The notes: generated by a model not told the origin, from the sequence alone. A stretch of DNA of 63,956 bases, filler included, from Reticulomyxa filosa (GCA_000512085.1; 25 parts of 25 records of this genome joined end to end with filler, not necessarily neighbours in it), one strand, 5' to 3'. Positions 24,534 to 37,720 are shown, numbered from the whole stretch's first letter. A program made the numbers and translations.

Positions 24534-25589
24534 TGTCTTCTTCTTCTATTTGTTTATCTTTGAGCAAAAAATGATCCAATGATCTGAAATGAGTTTTGAT
24601 TAATCCACCGATATGAAGGGGGAAAAAACAAAACAAATTTCACTAGAGTTAGTTAAGCGCACGCAAAGTACATGACGAGAAACAAATAAAAATATTTATG
24701 GAAAACTGTATAAAGATAACTACAATACATTATAATCAGTTTTATTGTCGTGAATATTTATTTTGTGTAATAAAACTAGCAAAGTTGTTTTTTTATTTGG
24801 GCGTAGACGATAAAATGTCTATCTTTTTTTTAAGAAATGCTTTTGTGTTGTCGTAAATCAATGCAGAGCAAATAAAAATAGAAAAAAGGGATCAGTTTGT
24901 ACAAGAAATTGTTTTCAACTACGTCAAAAACTGCTTTTTTTTGTTAGCATAAAAGGGACAGTGCCGTAAATGAAGATCAATTGGAGAATGATACAAATAT
25001 GTGTGGATCTGTTAAGCGTATGTGTCAGTGGATTGAACATCAAATCAGCACAAGTATGAATGGCCGTTCAAATGTATCAACCCAAGTAATACGGGGTATG
25101 TTCTTCAGTACAGTCGAAGCGTCAGCGATTGCTTTATGCAACGAGAAATACACATAGCGGAACGCATAATAAAGCTAGCTGTGGATGTAGGAGCTACAAT
25201 CATATCAAAGGATTGTATAAAGTCATTTTCATGCAATTTTGTCGACAAAGATGCAGTTGCTTTGTATATTTCCAAGTTAGATTTTTTTTTTGATAAAAAA
25301 ATTATACAAGATTATTAATCAATCGAATAAATAAATGCACATTATTTAAAAAAATCATTTAAAACTTTGATCAACTTTTGCATAACGAAAATAGATGAAT
25401 TCTTTGGTCATGATACACACATTAACGATTTTACAAATTTGCAAAATTCATTTAAAGTTAATGTTAATTACAAAATGACACAAATATAAATACATATTTG
25501 ATAAATACTTTAAATGTACTATATCATCGTTCAAATATACATTTAGAATAAAAGGCAATTGAAAACTAAAACAGACAAAAAACTCAAAG

Positions 25590-26950
25590 TGAATAAATGA
25601 ACAGTATCGCAAATGCAAACAGCATGAATACCGATCATTGTAAAACGCATAAAAGCAATTATATCTCTAGACGCCACTATGTTCGGATGTGTCATCAGCA
25701 TCCAAAGGCAACTTAAAAAAAAGGAAGTCGATAATCACTTCATATCTATCTGTAAAGTCGGGTGATGTCTCAAAGAGCATTGGGACAATCATAACAACAT
25801 GTCACACTTGGGCGATGGCAATCAAATCACAGACCGCTCGAACCTTGTGTTGGACCAAGAAATATCACGAGTAAGTATATGACAACATCTTACTAAAAAA
25901 AAAAAAAATCTTATAAAAAAAATGTATTGTTTTGAATCTGTTGATATTAATTTTCATCATCACCAACATAAACGACAAAATCATATTATCATTTGGTTCT
26001 TTCAAAATTGTACAATGTATTAAAAAAAGAATATTTTTGTTTTTTTATCTTTATATTGTATGTTAAATGAAAAATGTAGTAGTTTGAATATGTGATCAAA
26101 TAATGAATATATTTATATATTGAATAACTACTTGTATATGTGCACATACAAATTTCTCTTTGTTGTTATATCTATACTTGCTAAAGTCGACTGTTTGTAC
26201 GTAAGTAGTTTTATCAGATTATGTATCATTTCAATAACAAAACAAGAAAATTTAATTTACATTGATCAAAATTACAACAAGTTAGCTGAAGAAATTGCGA
26301 AAGATATAAATGCAATAATATATGACAATGACTTAAAAAGAAATAAATATAGTCAAATAGTATAAGATTAGATGAAAAAGCTGAATATATTAATGCAGAA
26401 CTGTAAAGTGAATGACGTAATATTAAACCATTATATCGTTAGTCAAAATCTACTCCAGTAATTCAAATACGTTATAATTCAATTGAATAAGTATATCAAC
26501 AAAAAGAAAATGGAAAAGTAATTGGTTTTCTGCAAGCAACAGTAGTCAGTTCAATTAAAATTAAACAAAACAACAAAAATTTATTAAAAATATATTTAAA
26601 AGACCAAAGTGAAATAATCTAGATAATTATGTTTCTTTGAAAAAAATAAAAGAAAAGCTAAGTTCAAAACTAAAAAAAAATATGTTAGAAAATAAACTTA
26701 ACATGTAGTCAAAAAGAAAAAATGTAGCAAAAATGAAACGGAAATTGGACAAAGTACAAGAATATCTAAAACGACCAAGCATCAAATTTCAAATTGTTGC
26801 TCATATTGTGGTAAAACAGTAGAAGTTGTTATATGTAATATATTCAAATAGATAACTTAATGTTCAAGAAAATATTAACTTGATGATTTAGAAGATAATC
26901 AAGAATACTTTAAACAGATTGAAAATATTGAACTAAATAATTTCAAAAGT
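25590..26950 (+). pseudogene. Highly degraded gene relic, possibly RING/TRAF family with coiled coil
   Basis: Fragments CHQHP...GD(V)CLKEHW.NHNN recall a RING/TRAF N-terminus; many stops. Confidence 0.3.
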
Positions 26951-27647
26951 ACTACGTCAACACAACAAATATTACATCACGAAATAAATTTTCTCTTTTT
27001 TGTAAATCGTTGGACCAATTAATATGTTTTGTGCGCGCTATGTCCTTATAGGACAAGTCCCTACTATAAATACTTGAACACAAATGGAACTGAGGAATCC
27101 CCAGTAGGCTAAACTTCCTCAACCAACTACTTCCTTGCTTTTCTTACTTTCCTTTTTGTCATTTTGATTTATTATTTAATTTACTTTGTTTTATTGAAAG
27201 TCACTCTCATTCGAGTAAAACCTTTTCGTATTCATTTAGTGTAGCTCTTCACAGTAGACTCACCACATCCTTTTGGATAAGGTGTGCAAACTTTTTAAAA
27301 AAATTATATCTTTCCTTTAAGTTGTAAAGAATTGCAAAAACTTTATTTTTCTATTAAAAAAATGTTCGAAATCTAATGATATTTTTTTCCTTTTTTAAAA
27401 AATTTCGAACAATTTTTAGTTTGACTTTTGCTGATTTTTTTTCAGTTTGATTACATTATGTTATATTATATAAAACAACTAAGGTGAACAAAAAAAAAGA
27501 TAAAAATTTTAAACAAAATCCAAGCACAAAGATGACCCCAAAAAAGACTTTGTGCGTTTATTACTATTAACCCATCAAAACGGCCAGAGTTTTAAATTTT
27601 GTGCTTTTTTTTCGTTGGTCATTACGCCCTAAACAAACACAATTTTT

Positions 27648-29340
27648 CTACTCAGTTGTGAGTTGCTCTGCGTTTTCAAATGCGGCTGTGTTGCTCAGTT
27701 GATCGTTGTCCATTGAATTAACAACGTCTTCATTGATGACAGTTTGATCAAGTTGCACTTCTTGACTTGGCTCTTTTTCTTGGTGTAGTTCCATTTGTTG
27801 CTCCAACTGTTCGTCGTATTCTAACTCTTTTTCTTGGTCTGGCTCCTCTTGGTGATGTTCCACTTCAACCGGAAAGTGCTCGCTACCATCTTTAGTCTCA
27901 TTGAGACTGTCGTTCACTTCGCAGTTTTCTTCTACTGCCACTTTCGCCTCTGTTTCTTCATTGAAACTTTCGATTACCTCGTTTTGGTCACTTTGACTTA
28001 AATTGATAAAAGTGCTAGCTTCACAGTTGAGTTGCAGATTATCATCCAAAAAAGGAGCGCTTGGGTCGGTATTCGGAGGGGAGAAAGTTTCATGTTTGTT
28101 TTCCGGAGTTTTGTTTTCAGCTTCTGTTTTGGGCTCTGGTGAAATGAAATTGATTTCTTCAGTTGTAGGTGCTGGTGACATGTGTTCCTCTACGTCTTTT
28201 TCTGGAACTTGAGGGGTCACTTCACGTTCAGCCGGCTAGGGTTTTGATCAATTTCTTCAACCACACAATCAACAAGTTCGTTTTTGGAAGCATTTTCTTG
28301 CATTTCAACAACATTTGTTTGAATTTCAGCTGTAGTGGTTTGGAGTACAGGTTCCGGCACTTCGTTCATACTCTCCACTACTTTAGGCTCGTCTTCAACT
28401 GGTTCATCTATTTCGTCTTTGGTTGATGGGGTTTTTTCATCATTAATCAGAAGATCGTTTGCTTCACTTGATTGAACCTTTGTTTCATTTAATTGAAGCT
28501 TTGTCTCACTTGGCTGAGCTTTTATTTCACTTGGTTGTTCTTTCATTGCATTTGACTCAACTTTTGTCTCACTTGGTTGAGACTCTATCTCGTTTGGCTT
28601 GGCTTTTGTCTCGCTTGGTTGAGGTTTTGTTTCAGCTGGCTGAGGCTTTGTTTCACTTGATTGAGGTTTTGTTTCAGTTGGCTGAGCCTTTGTTTCACTT
28701 GATTGAGACTTTGTTTCGCTGAGCTGAGGCTTTGTTTCACTTCGTTGAGGCTTTGTTTCAGTTGGTTGAGGTTTTGTTTCGCTTGGCTTAATTTCTTTCT
28801 CAGTTGGTGGCAGAGTATCATTTGGTTGATTTTTTAACCTCTATTTTCTCCTCTGCTTTGGCAGTTGTCTTTACCTCGGTAACGCTTTCTTGTAGCACTT
28901 TTTTTTCTTCCTCGCACACAGTATCGTTTTTACAGTTGATATTATATTCACCATTTTCACCGATGTCACACATCTATTTTAAGTTGTTGTTTGTTTTGTT
29001 AAAGCATTTCCAAATTAAAGAAGCAGCCTCTATTTAAAAAATACAAACCTTTGCGTTAACATCGTCTGTTGGCGCTTGTTGCGTTTTCGATTCCTTTTGT
29101 TGCTCTGGAATTAGCACTGAAGACTGTTTTGAGTCTAAATGATGGTTTTCAGAATCTTTTTTAGACACTGCTGTGGCTGCTGTTTGTTCCGAAGAAGAAG
29201 ACTTCATCTGACTCTCTTGTTGTGGAGCTTCAGAGTTCTGCTTGCCATCAGCTTGGTTTGATTTGCATTTCTTGCTCGTTTTTTTCTTCTTTTCGGTGTT
29301 TGCTTTGGATTGGTCATCAGTAGCGACAGCTTGATGACTA
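27648..29340 (-). CDS. Acidic, low-complexity repetitive protein (E/Q/P/T/K-rich) with one apparent frameshift at ~28225
   Basis: ORFs 29034-29360, 28217-28546 and 27648-28220 share composition. The repeat region reads (TKPQPSE)n in the frame of the 28217-28546 ORF. Confidence 0.65.
28455..28795. repeat. 21-bp coding minisatellite (~16 units, 7-aa TKPQxxE repeat)
   Basis: Recurrent tttgtttcacttgattgaggt / tttgtttcagttggctgaggc units at a 21-nt period. Confidence 0.85.
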
Positions 29341-30334
29341 AAGCAATGAAAAAAAACCATTTTTATATTGACGGCTTTGAAATGCTAAAACACGGAAAAA
29401 ATTGTTAGTGTTGTGTTTTCTTGCTGAGGTGTTTGTGCTCAAAATATGTAATAATTATGATCTTATCGGAGCAATGGTAGACTAAAATTATTTTAAAATA
29501 GCCAAACTAAACTAATTTTTGAAATTGCATAACCTCGGAGAACAATTGCAAAATCGAAATACAAGAAAATTAAGATTGATATAGTTTATTGGTCATTCAG
29601 GCAAAAAAAAAGCAAAAAAGAAAAATTTGACAAATTTACTAAATACAGTAAACATTTAAATTTTATTTGTAAAGTCAGTGAAAATTACGTTAACCCTTTT
29701 TTAAAAAAAGCTCATGCTGAAGTCAAGTGAGATCTTTAAAATTTACTTCTCAGTATCAACACTCAAGCAACGCCCTCACACTCTGTTATTTCATTTTATT
29801 CATCACGTCACTCAAAACATGACCAACAAAGTAAAAACAAAAAAATACTTCATGTTATATTTGACAATTTATTTTTGAAAAATGTATATTTCGATTTTAA
29901 CATTTTTTTATTGAGAAATTGAATAAAAGCATAATATTTTTCTAATATACAAAGTTGCTGAAAGATTTGATTGCAAAAAGAGCCACCTGATAATTAGTTC
30001 ATTAACTCCTCACAAACCTTCAACATAGTAATACTTTATACAAATTATCACATAACCCTATACGAAGACATGCTCTCTGATACTTCTTTTTTTTGTGACA
30101 ACAAATAAACATTAAGAATAGTATTTCATTGAAGTAATTTATGCTTTTAAAAATATATTAAATAATAGAGTGATGAGTTCGTGATTTGTATTATTGTTTC
30201 TGAGTTAGAATCAAAAAACTTAAAATTGTTCTCTATCACTCCTTACATTTAGGCGAGACTATTTTGGAAGTTAACGAGATAAAGGCAAAAACAAAACTAA
30301 ACAAAAAAAAAAAAAAGAAGCAATAAATCAATGT

Positions 30335-31368
30335 TTATCTTCCTTGAATAGCTAGTTGATATTTTTGCTGGAACTCATTTCCGATATCTTTCCCGCGGAA
30401 ATTTTCCAGAACACCCCGAATATCGTGGACATCAGCCTTTTGTAAAAAGTCTAAGAAAATGAATAGTTTTCGTAATTCCTCGTCATTGGGATTGGAAGGA
30501 TCCCATTTATTAATAATAATAGCATTTTCCGGGAACATTTGAACATTTCTGGGATCACTATCAATAACCAAGACGCGATTCAAGGATCTATCCAAGCGAC
30601 TCAAATCTTTGCAATGATGGCCATTGAAATAATAGCAATCCTTTCTCCACAAGTAATGTGAGACCATTCCCCCCATTTCGTCTAGCTTTGGAAAATCAGG
30701 ACTTTCCATCCAATCGATATCTTCATCCGTGGAAAATAAAACAATTTCCCAACCTGCCATGGCCGCACGTGTGATCATTTCTTTGTAAAAAGGTCTCATC
30801 ACTCTCGTGATCCCCCCTGTCCTCGACCAAGACACATGACAAACGGTATGCAAATCAAGCGCCAAAGTGCGTCCTGCAAATTGTTGTTTGATCGGAGGTA
30901 GCAATTGCGCATTTGGAGTGTGTATCAAACGCCACAATTTACTAATGAGTGACTCGCTATTGTAATAAATCGTGGTGTTTTTGGGCTCGCCTTTGATCCA
31001 ATACACGACGCCAAGGACTTTATTTTTGAAATGGTCCCACACGATTCGTCCGACACCCCAGTTATCTGGAATTATATGTAATCCTTCTTTCCGAGACTGC
31101 TTGATTTGCAGATAGTCTTCCAAGCTCAGCACTTTGCCCTTCCAAAGCCGATTGCCGTCCAAGTTATTCCAATCCGTTTGATCCATTTTGTAAATTATGT
31201 AAAACGCGAGTGAACTCAGTAGTACAACTGCGATTCCACCAATCGAAAATGGATCAATATCTCCTTCCTCTCGATTCTTTTTATTTATTACAATAAGATA
31301 ATTTTTAAAAAAAAATAAAAATAAAAATACATTATATGTATATATAATTTATATATTTATTTATAATC

Positions 31369-31407
<39 letters not shown>

Positions 31408-31595
31408 CTTTCTGTGGCGATGCGCGTCAAATGTGGCTTGCAAATTAGTGTTTAATTTTGCTTTGTCATCCAATTGTGTTTCTGGTTTTTCTTTTTCTTC
31501 CTTTATTTGTCCTTGCGGTTGTGTCTGCAATTTTGATTGGGTGACACCACCAGCAACATTGGGAGTTGTTGCTGTTGTTGTTGTTGTTGTTGTTG
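30335..31595 (-). CDS. TIM50: Mitochondrial import inner membrane translocase subunit Tim50 (TM + NIF/FCP1-like domain), 5'-truncated
   Basis: Intron 31407-31277. TM segment FSIGGIAVVLLSSLAFYII, then LLPP...RTLALDL..CHVSWSRTGG....RP, WEIVLFS, HCKDLSRLDRSLNRVLVID, PENAIIINKW and DVHDIRGVL. Confidence 0.88.
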
Positions 31596-31706
31596 NNNNN
31601 NNNNNNNNNNNNNNNNNNNNNNNNNNNNNNNNNNNNNNNTTAATTAATTAANNNNNNNNNNNNNNNNNNNNNNNNNNNNNNNNNNNNNNNNNNNNAAAAA
31701 AAAAAA

Positions 31707-31934
31707 TTAATAACTTAGTTCATCTGTATTGCCATGTAAATCAATTGGTTTTATTATTCGTGTTCGATGACGTTTTTTTGTTGCAAGAAGGGTAGTGAAT
31801 TTTTGTACTGCTTCTGCTTTTCTTTTTTCTTCTCGCTCAGTGGAAATCGCACCGATCATGTCTAAGCCCATCCCATCGTCACGGTGGATGTGTGAAGTAT
31901 CGGTTGCATCACCTCTCGTTTCTTCGGACATCAT
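31707..31934 (-). CDS. Hypothetical protein, N-terminal fragment
   Basis: Short hydrophilic ORF (MMSEETRG...KKRHRTR) running into the contig end. Confidence 0.35.
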   Translation of the reverse strand: MMSEETRGDATDTSHIHRDDGMGLDMIGAISTEREEKRKAEAVQKFTTLLATKKRHRTRIIKPIDLHGNTDELSY

Positions 31935-32278
31935 CAATATTTCTTTTAATTGGCTAAATAAAATAATGTTCAAAGATATCCCTAAATAAAGTGAAAATAG
32001 GTGTTTTTTAAGGGGACCTTTTTAAAAATTTGTTTTTGGATGAGTATTTTGTAGTTGCTTTACTTTTGTAAAAGATGCTCAAAAATTGGCAAAAATCTAG
32101 CAATTGGAAATGATATTGTTGTATGTAACGGGATGACCAAACATCTTTGGTTACATTTAATAATTTCGAATTATGGGAAAAAGCGTTTTAACAACAAGGC
32201 ATAATTTTTTCTCGACCTCTGTCATTGCAAAGATTGACACTGTGGCGATATATCATCACAAAAACATGATTTGAGAGA

Positions 32279-33109
32279 TCACAGCAAACGAATGAGCAAA
32301 GAATGACAGATTGGGCATGTCATCCAAGGAACATGAGCAAAAACGGACTGTTTCCATTCTTCAAGAGTGTTATTTTCACTCCACTGTTGAGAAAGCAATT
32401 GGCACCAGAGTCGATTAGCTACACATCCATTGCATCCAGGACAAAACCACTTTTGGTGAGTGGTAATCACTTCAAAGGTAACACAATCTCTGTAAATTAA
32501 ATGAGGTGTAGTCAAGTCACAAGCAGGATTGACGTCTTTATTGGTGTTGTCATCATTAGTGACATCGACAACATTTTGACGACGTTCACCACAAAAGGAA
32601 GTGGGCATGCAATCCACAGCTGCCATGGCACCACACACCATACACCTTTCTAAGCTATTCAAACTAATATCGATATTATCTTGTTGTTGTTTGGTCGTAT
32701 CATTTTCTGCTTCGTCATTATTCTCGGTGTCATTCTCAAACAACGCTTTGTAAATTTTTCCCACTTCCAAAGACATTTTGCGTTCTCCAATTCGTTCTAG
32801 TAATGTTAATAGCATACATAAGTTTTGTTGATGAATGCAAGTCTTTATAGCACTGGCCGAAAATTGATAAAATTGATTCACAGTCAAAAATACTAGCCAT
32901 TGACTCATTAACATTAAGCTGACGTATTCACATTTGTCCTTTTTCGTTTTATCCGTTTCACTGTCATTTTCTGATGTATCATTATCATTGTCTTCCTTTT
33001 TTAACTGCAAAAAATTGTGAAATGATTGAAGTACGTGGCATTGCAGTAAAACATCCATTATGTATAACATATTTTCTTCCATAAATTCTAATGTCTCATT
33101 TTCGTACAT
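32279..33109 (-). CDS. C-terminal exon with Cys-rich zinc-binding domain (zf-TFIIIC/Tfc8-like)
   Basis: ERCMVCG...C....HLIYRDCVTFEVI...WFCPGC...TCPICHSLL* resembles the C-terminal Zn domain of TFIIIC90-type proteins. Confidence 0.5.
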   Translation of the reverse strand: MYENETLEFMEENMLYIMDVLLQCHVLQSFHNFLQLKKEDNDNDTSENDSETDKTKKDKCEYVSLMLMSQWLVFLTVNQFYQFSASAIKTCIHQQNLCMLLTLLERIGERKMSLEVGKIYKALFENDTENNDEAENDTTKQQQDNIDISLNSLERCMVCGAMAAVDCMPTSFCGERRQNVVDVTNDDNTNKDVNPACDLTTPHLIYRDCVTFEVITTHQKWFCPGCNGCVANRLWCQLLSQQWSENNTLEEWKQSVFAHVPWMTCPICHSLLIRLL

Positions 33110-33136
33110 TTCACGATACTACTTTTAATGATATAA

Positions 33137-33185
33137 ATATATTATGAAATATATTATGAAATATATTATGAAATATATATTATGA
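33137..33185. repeat. 12-bp tandem repeat (ATATATTATGAA) x~4, intronic
   Basis: Directly visible. Confidence 0.8.
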
Positions 33186-33329
33186 TTGTTACAAAAAAAA
33201 AAAAAAAAAANNNNNNNNNNNNNNNNNNNNNNNNNNNNNNNNNNNNNNNNNNNNTTAATTAATTAANNNNNNNNNNNNNNNNNNNNNNNNNNNNNNNNNN
33301 NNNNNNNNNNAGCACATAACAATCTATTT

Positions 33330-34910
33330 TCATTTGTGTTTCTTTTCCATATATGTATATTATATCATCCATAATCATTCATAGTCTTGGTGAAACACAT
33401 GTCAAATCATTTTAGGGATTTATTGTGTTGGCCATCTTCACTCACGTTATCTCCTTTGTTCCTCGATAATTTACACTCATTGAACGATCCATCGCCACTT
33501 GTTATATTTCTTGATATGGCCAATATGTCTACATTTTTTTTGCTTCTTTTTTCCTCTTTTCTTAATATTCTGTTTTTCTTTTCTTCTTCTTTTTGTGCTC
33601 CTTCTTCTTCTTGTTCTTGTTTTTGTTCTTTTCTTCTTTCATTCCAAACCTAAAGTACATTATTCTACAGTGAAAAGAGCCATGTTTATATTGTTTTGAT
33701 CAAGACATACTACGACAACTTAAAATATGATAAAAACAATATATACCTTCAAACAGAGCACATCGTCTTTATCATCCTCGGTATATACTCGTAACGCGGG
33801 GTACATTTTGATTGGTGATGTAATTTGCGGATTGACTCTCGTATGCTAATTGATAATTTGTGAAGCCGATCTCAAGATTGTTAAGCGCGATTTGGATTTT
33901 TTTGTTTTCTGGACATTGTTAAATACATTCGTATTCATGTCTTTTCCAGCGAAATGATAAATTTACTTGACGACGGCATTAATAAATTGGAAGCTGCGCT
34001 AATAAGTCGATTAGCCATATTCGATTTTATTATTTGTGGCAGCACTATTTAAAAAGGTAAATTAAGTGGCACTGCTATTTGAGGGCCCATGTTGCTCACA
34101 AATAGCACTGATATCATCTGCTACCAATGATAAGACGTTCCATGCTTTGATTCAACAATGACACGGTCAGCAACGGAATATGTATACATGCCAGCTGTGC
34201 TCAGGACGAAATGTTCATAATCTCTAACGGATTAACATTTCTTGTTGTTTGAGATCTATACATATACAAAAATAGTATATCAATTGAAGACAATTGAAAA
34301 AAGATTAAAGTAGCCACTTGCTCCCAATTCACATCAACTTGTTGTCCTTTCAATTACGCCGGCGTTCCCTTTGATGACGATATTGCAAATGTAGGATTTG
34401 GTTTGCATTGTTTCGATATTAGATCTTAGAGGCAACTTTCAATTTGTAAAAATGAAATATCGATTTTGTGGAATACTTCTTCACGTTCACATCAACCTAT
34501 GTTCAATAACGAATATTCAGATGAATTTTTATCAATGGAACTAATGATGCGATATTGTCACTGGTGCTTGTATTATTTTTGAGCCAACGTCACTTTCAAG
34601 AATAGCATGTATGTTGATTATAGTTTTAGATGATGTCAGAAACATATTATTGATTTATTGTAGTGCATCGCTTAATTCTTGCAAATGGTCCAATTTATAT
34701 ATTCACCAATCCAATAGTATGAATAAATGATTGAATTAGAGTAGCTGATCCAGGAATGATTTGCTAAATCTGATATTTGTATTTTGTCTTTGTCCTTCAG
34801 CTCGCACCATTTGTATCCAATGTCAATTTCTATAATGTTATAATACATTTTTAGATTTGTTTTTTTTAACAAACCAAATAAAAAAAGAATAAAGAATAAA
34901 TACTTACCTT
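33330..34910 (-). pseudogene. Degraded multi-exon gene of unknown family
   Basis: Coding-like fragments (DIGYKWCE...HSWISYSNSII..YYWIGEYINWTICKN; K/E-rich 3' part) broken by many stops. Confidence 0.4.
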
Positions 34911-35360
34911 TGTTGTTATCCTCGTGTTGGATCCCAACATTAAAAAAAATTATAATACATTTTATTCTTTTTCATTTCATTTTTATTTTCTTTATTATTT
35001 ATTTTCATTATAAAAATACTATTTTTAAATTTTTTTCCCATACTTTTTTCTTTTCTTTTTTCTATTTTATATTTTCTTTCTTTTTTTCTATTATTTTATA
35101 TTTCTTCTTTCTATTTTCTTTTTTCTTTTTTATCATCCTCTTTTTTTCTTCTTACTTATTCATTTCCCCCCTTTTTTTATTTATTATTCTATTTTTTTTT
35201 TATTACTACATTTTTTTTATTATCTCATCATCTACAACACCCACCACCACATCTTATCCCNNNNNNNNNNNNNNNNNNNNNNNNNNNNNNNNNNNNNNNN
35301 NNNNTTAATTAATTAANNNNNNNNNNNNNNNNNNNNNNNNNNNNNNNNNNNNNNNNNNNN

Positions 35361-36360
35361 TGCAAGAGCGTTCTCACAAAAGGAAAGGGGGATGTTCGTT
35401 GTCAGGCCGTCATTCCGAAGGGCACAAATGCGACTGTCCCGATCCGTCATAGCCACCTAGAAAGCAATGGTAGTGTTGGAGTGATCAAAAACTTGGGCCT
35501 GGCCAAAACTCTTCCCTCCAGTTGTCATCAATGCAAAAAAAGAAAAGAAATACCTCAATTGGCATTTTGCACTCGAAATTGCAACAACAAAGTTTTTTTT
35601 TTTTTTTTGAAAAAAAAAATTGACTATTTGTATATGTTTTTTTTGTGTCATGTAAAGTTTGGCAAATGCAGCAAAAAGTTTTGCGATAATTGCTTAAAAA
35701 AGTATTTACATACGAATCTTATTAAGAAGTTGATCAAAGCTCAAACAAAATTTCGAGAACAATTCCAGAAAAAGTTTGGTGGAAATAATAACATTTAAAA
35801 AAAAAATTGGATACAATCAATAGCATTGTTATACACTATTGTTGTTGTTGTTGTTGTTGAATTTGATCCAGTGATAACATGGCAAACGATGACATAATTA
35901 AGGACTGCACATTTGTGTGTCCGGCATGCCAAGGCACGTGCGAATGTGGAAGTTGTAAACAGCAAAGGTTGGAAATTGCAAAGGACGAAGCTCTAGGACA
36001 AGAGGGAGCACTTGACGGAAAAAACATCGAGCGCAAATTTGGAAGGAAACAAGGAAGAAAACAAAAGAAAACGAAACAGAATAGCAACGCGTTATTGTTA
36101 TTATCATCGTCATCGTCATCGTCATTATCCAACGTTGATTTGCAGTCTACAACTAGTTACAGCAATTCAAGTGATAACAAAACAAGGAAAAACGAGCGCG
36201 TGAAAATTGACACAATTGTGCAAAAAAAAAAAAAGAAAAGAAAAACGTGATTGTTACCATCGTGAGCCCTTCTCTCCCTTGTCCTCCTCTTCTCCCTTCC
36301 TCTCCACTTCCCATACACAGACAGCTTCTGGATATCTTGTTGCTCCTGAGATGGAGTTCT
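35361..36360 (+). CDS. zf-4CXXC_R1 (CDCA7/R1-type) zinc-finger protein, partial
   Basis: SSCHQCKKRK..LAFCTRNC [intron 35592-35657] GKCSKKFCDNCLKKY ... FVCPACQGTCECGSCK matches the Cys spacing of zf-4CXXC_R1. Confidence 0.82.
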
Positions 36361-36507
36361 TTCCGAGTTGTGTCGTCAAAGGAAAATCTTCACTTTTTTT
36401 TTTTTTTNNNNNNNNNNNNNNNNNNNNNNNNNNNNNNNNNNNNNNNNNNNNTTAATTAATTAANNNNNNNNNNNNNNNNNNNNNNNNNNNNNNNNNNNNN
36501 NNNNNNN

Positions 36508-37529
36508 TTTGATTTGTTTACTTGAAGCTTGTCATTCGCGACACTTGTTTCGTTTTCGAGCACGATATCGTTCAAGAAATCCATTGCCTTGAAAAGTTAA
36601 ACAGAAAATTTGTTAACTTCTCTCAAGTAAAGCTTTTTATTCTGAAGACAAGTTTTGCTCAAAACTTTTTCAAACCAACTCGCAAACATCTTGACATGAT
36701 TTTCCAAATCTTTGTTATCATAAAGAATTTTACCTAGATAAAAAATTACAGCCAGGTTATCAAAATTTTCCTTGGAAAGAAAAAAGAAAGAAAGAGAGGA
36801 TTATAATGTAAATGATGTTTTGCAGAACCAATTTCAAAAGCCATTTGCGCCAACTCAATCATAGAGACAGGATTACATTATCTACAACATTTCCATAGCT
36901 GTGTCATCGCCTCTAATGCCTTAGTTTGACGTTGTGTATTTCGTTTAGACATACATGAGATGTTTTATTTGTTTTTGATTGGTTGAAAAGATATACAACA
37001 ATGGAAATAAAATCATAAATGTAAAACGAAAGTAAAAAAAAGAAACATATCCAACTTTGTCAAAATGATTTGCACCAACTAGCAATTTGAATTTTCGTCG
37101 CAGTGCATTGGCATAAAATATTTGCATTTCCTTATTGCCGTTTCCAGATTCTTCATACCATTCTGCCAACACGTCAATGTATTGTAATGCTTTCGTCGAA
37201 TTGCCTCCAACTCTCAAATTCATCACAAAAGTATCTTTTGATTGAGTGTACAGAACAAAAAAAAAAAGTTTCGATTACCTGAATAAGCATTAACAACACT
37301 AAGGAATTTCAACATTAATTGGTGATAAATCTCTGGTGATTGATTTTTTGTGGTGGTGACAAATGACTGGTAAATGCGTGCACAAATTTCTAGGAGTTTT
37401 CCATTTGCTTCATTCCACTGCAAAAAAAAAAGCAAATCTGTATCACAAAGAAAAGCAAATAAACACAAAAAAACCTTCACATATGCTGGAACAGCACTCT
37501 GTAATCTGTCAATCCGTGTTAACGTAACA
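36508..37529 (-). CDS. Alpha-helical (TPR/HEAT-like) protein, internal exons; possibly disrupted
   Basis: Several short exons with amphipathic helices (KALQYIDVLAEWYEE, YANALRRKFKLL); family not identified. Confidence 0.4.
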
Positions 37530-37720
37530 NNNNNNNNNNNNNNNNNNNNNNNNNNNNNNNNNNNNNNNNNNNNTTAATTAATTAANNNNNNNNNNNNNNN
37601 NNNNNNNNNNNNNNNNNNNNNNNNNNNNNGTTATTATATTTTTTCCCCCCCCCCCTGTCCTTCCCATACAACAAAAAAAAAAAAAAAAAAAGAGCTTGGA
37701 AAGCGTATCCACTGTATCCG

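Noticed and set aside
27040-27100. Resemblance to the 5' stem of U6 snRNA
   Set aside because: No ACAGAGA box or other U6 core sequence.
34910-35260. Phe/Ile-rich ORF resembling a membrane protein
   Set aside because: Translation of a T-rich low-complexity (intron-like) tract.
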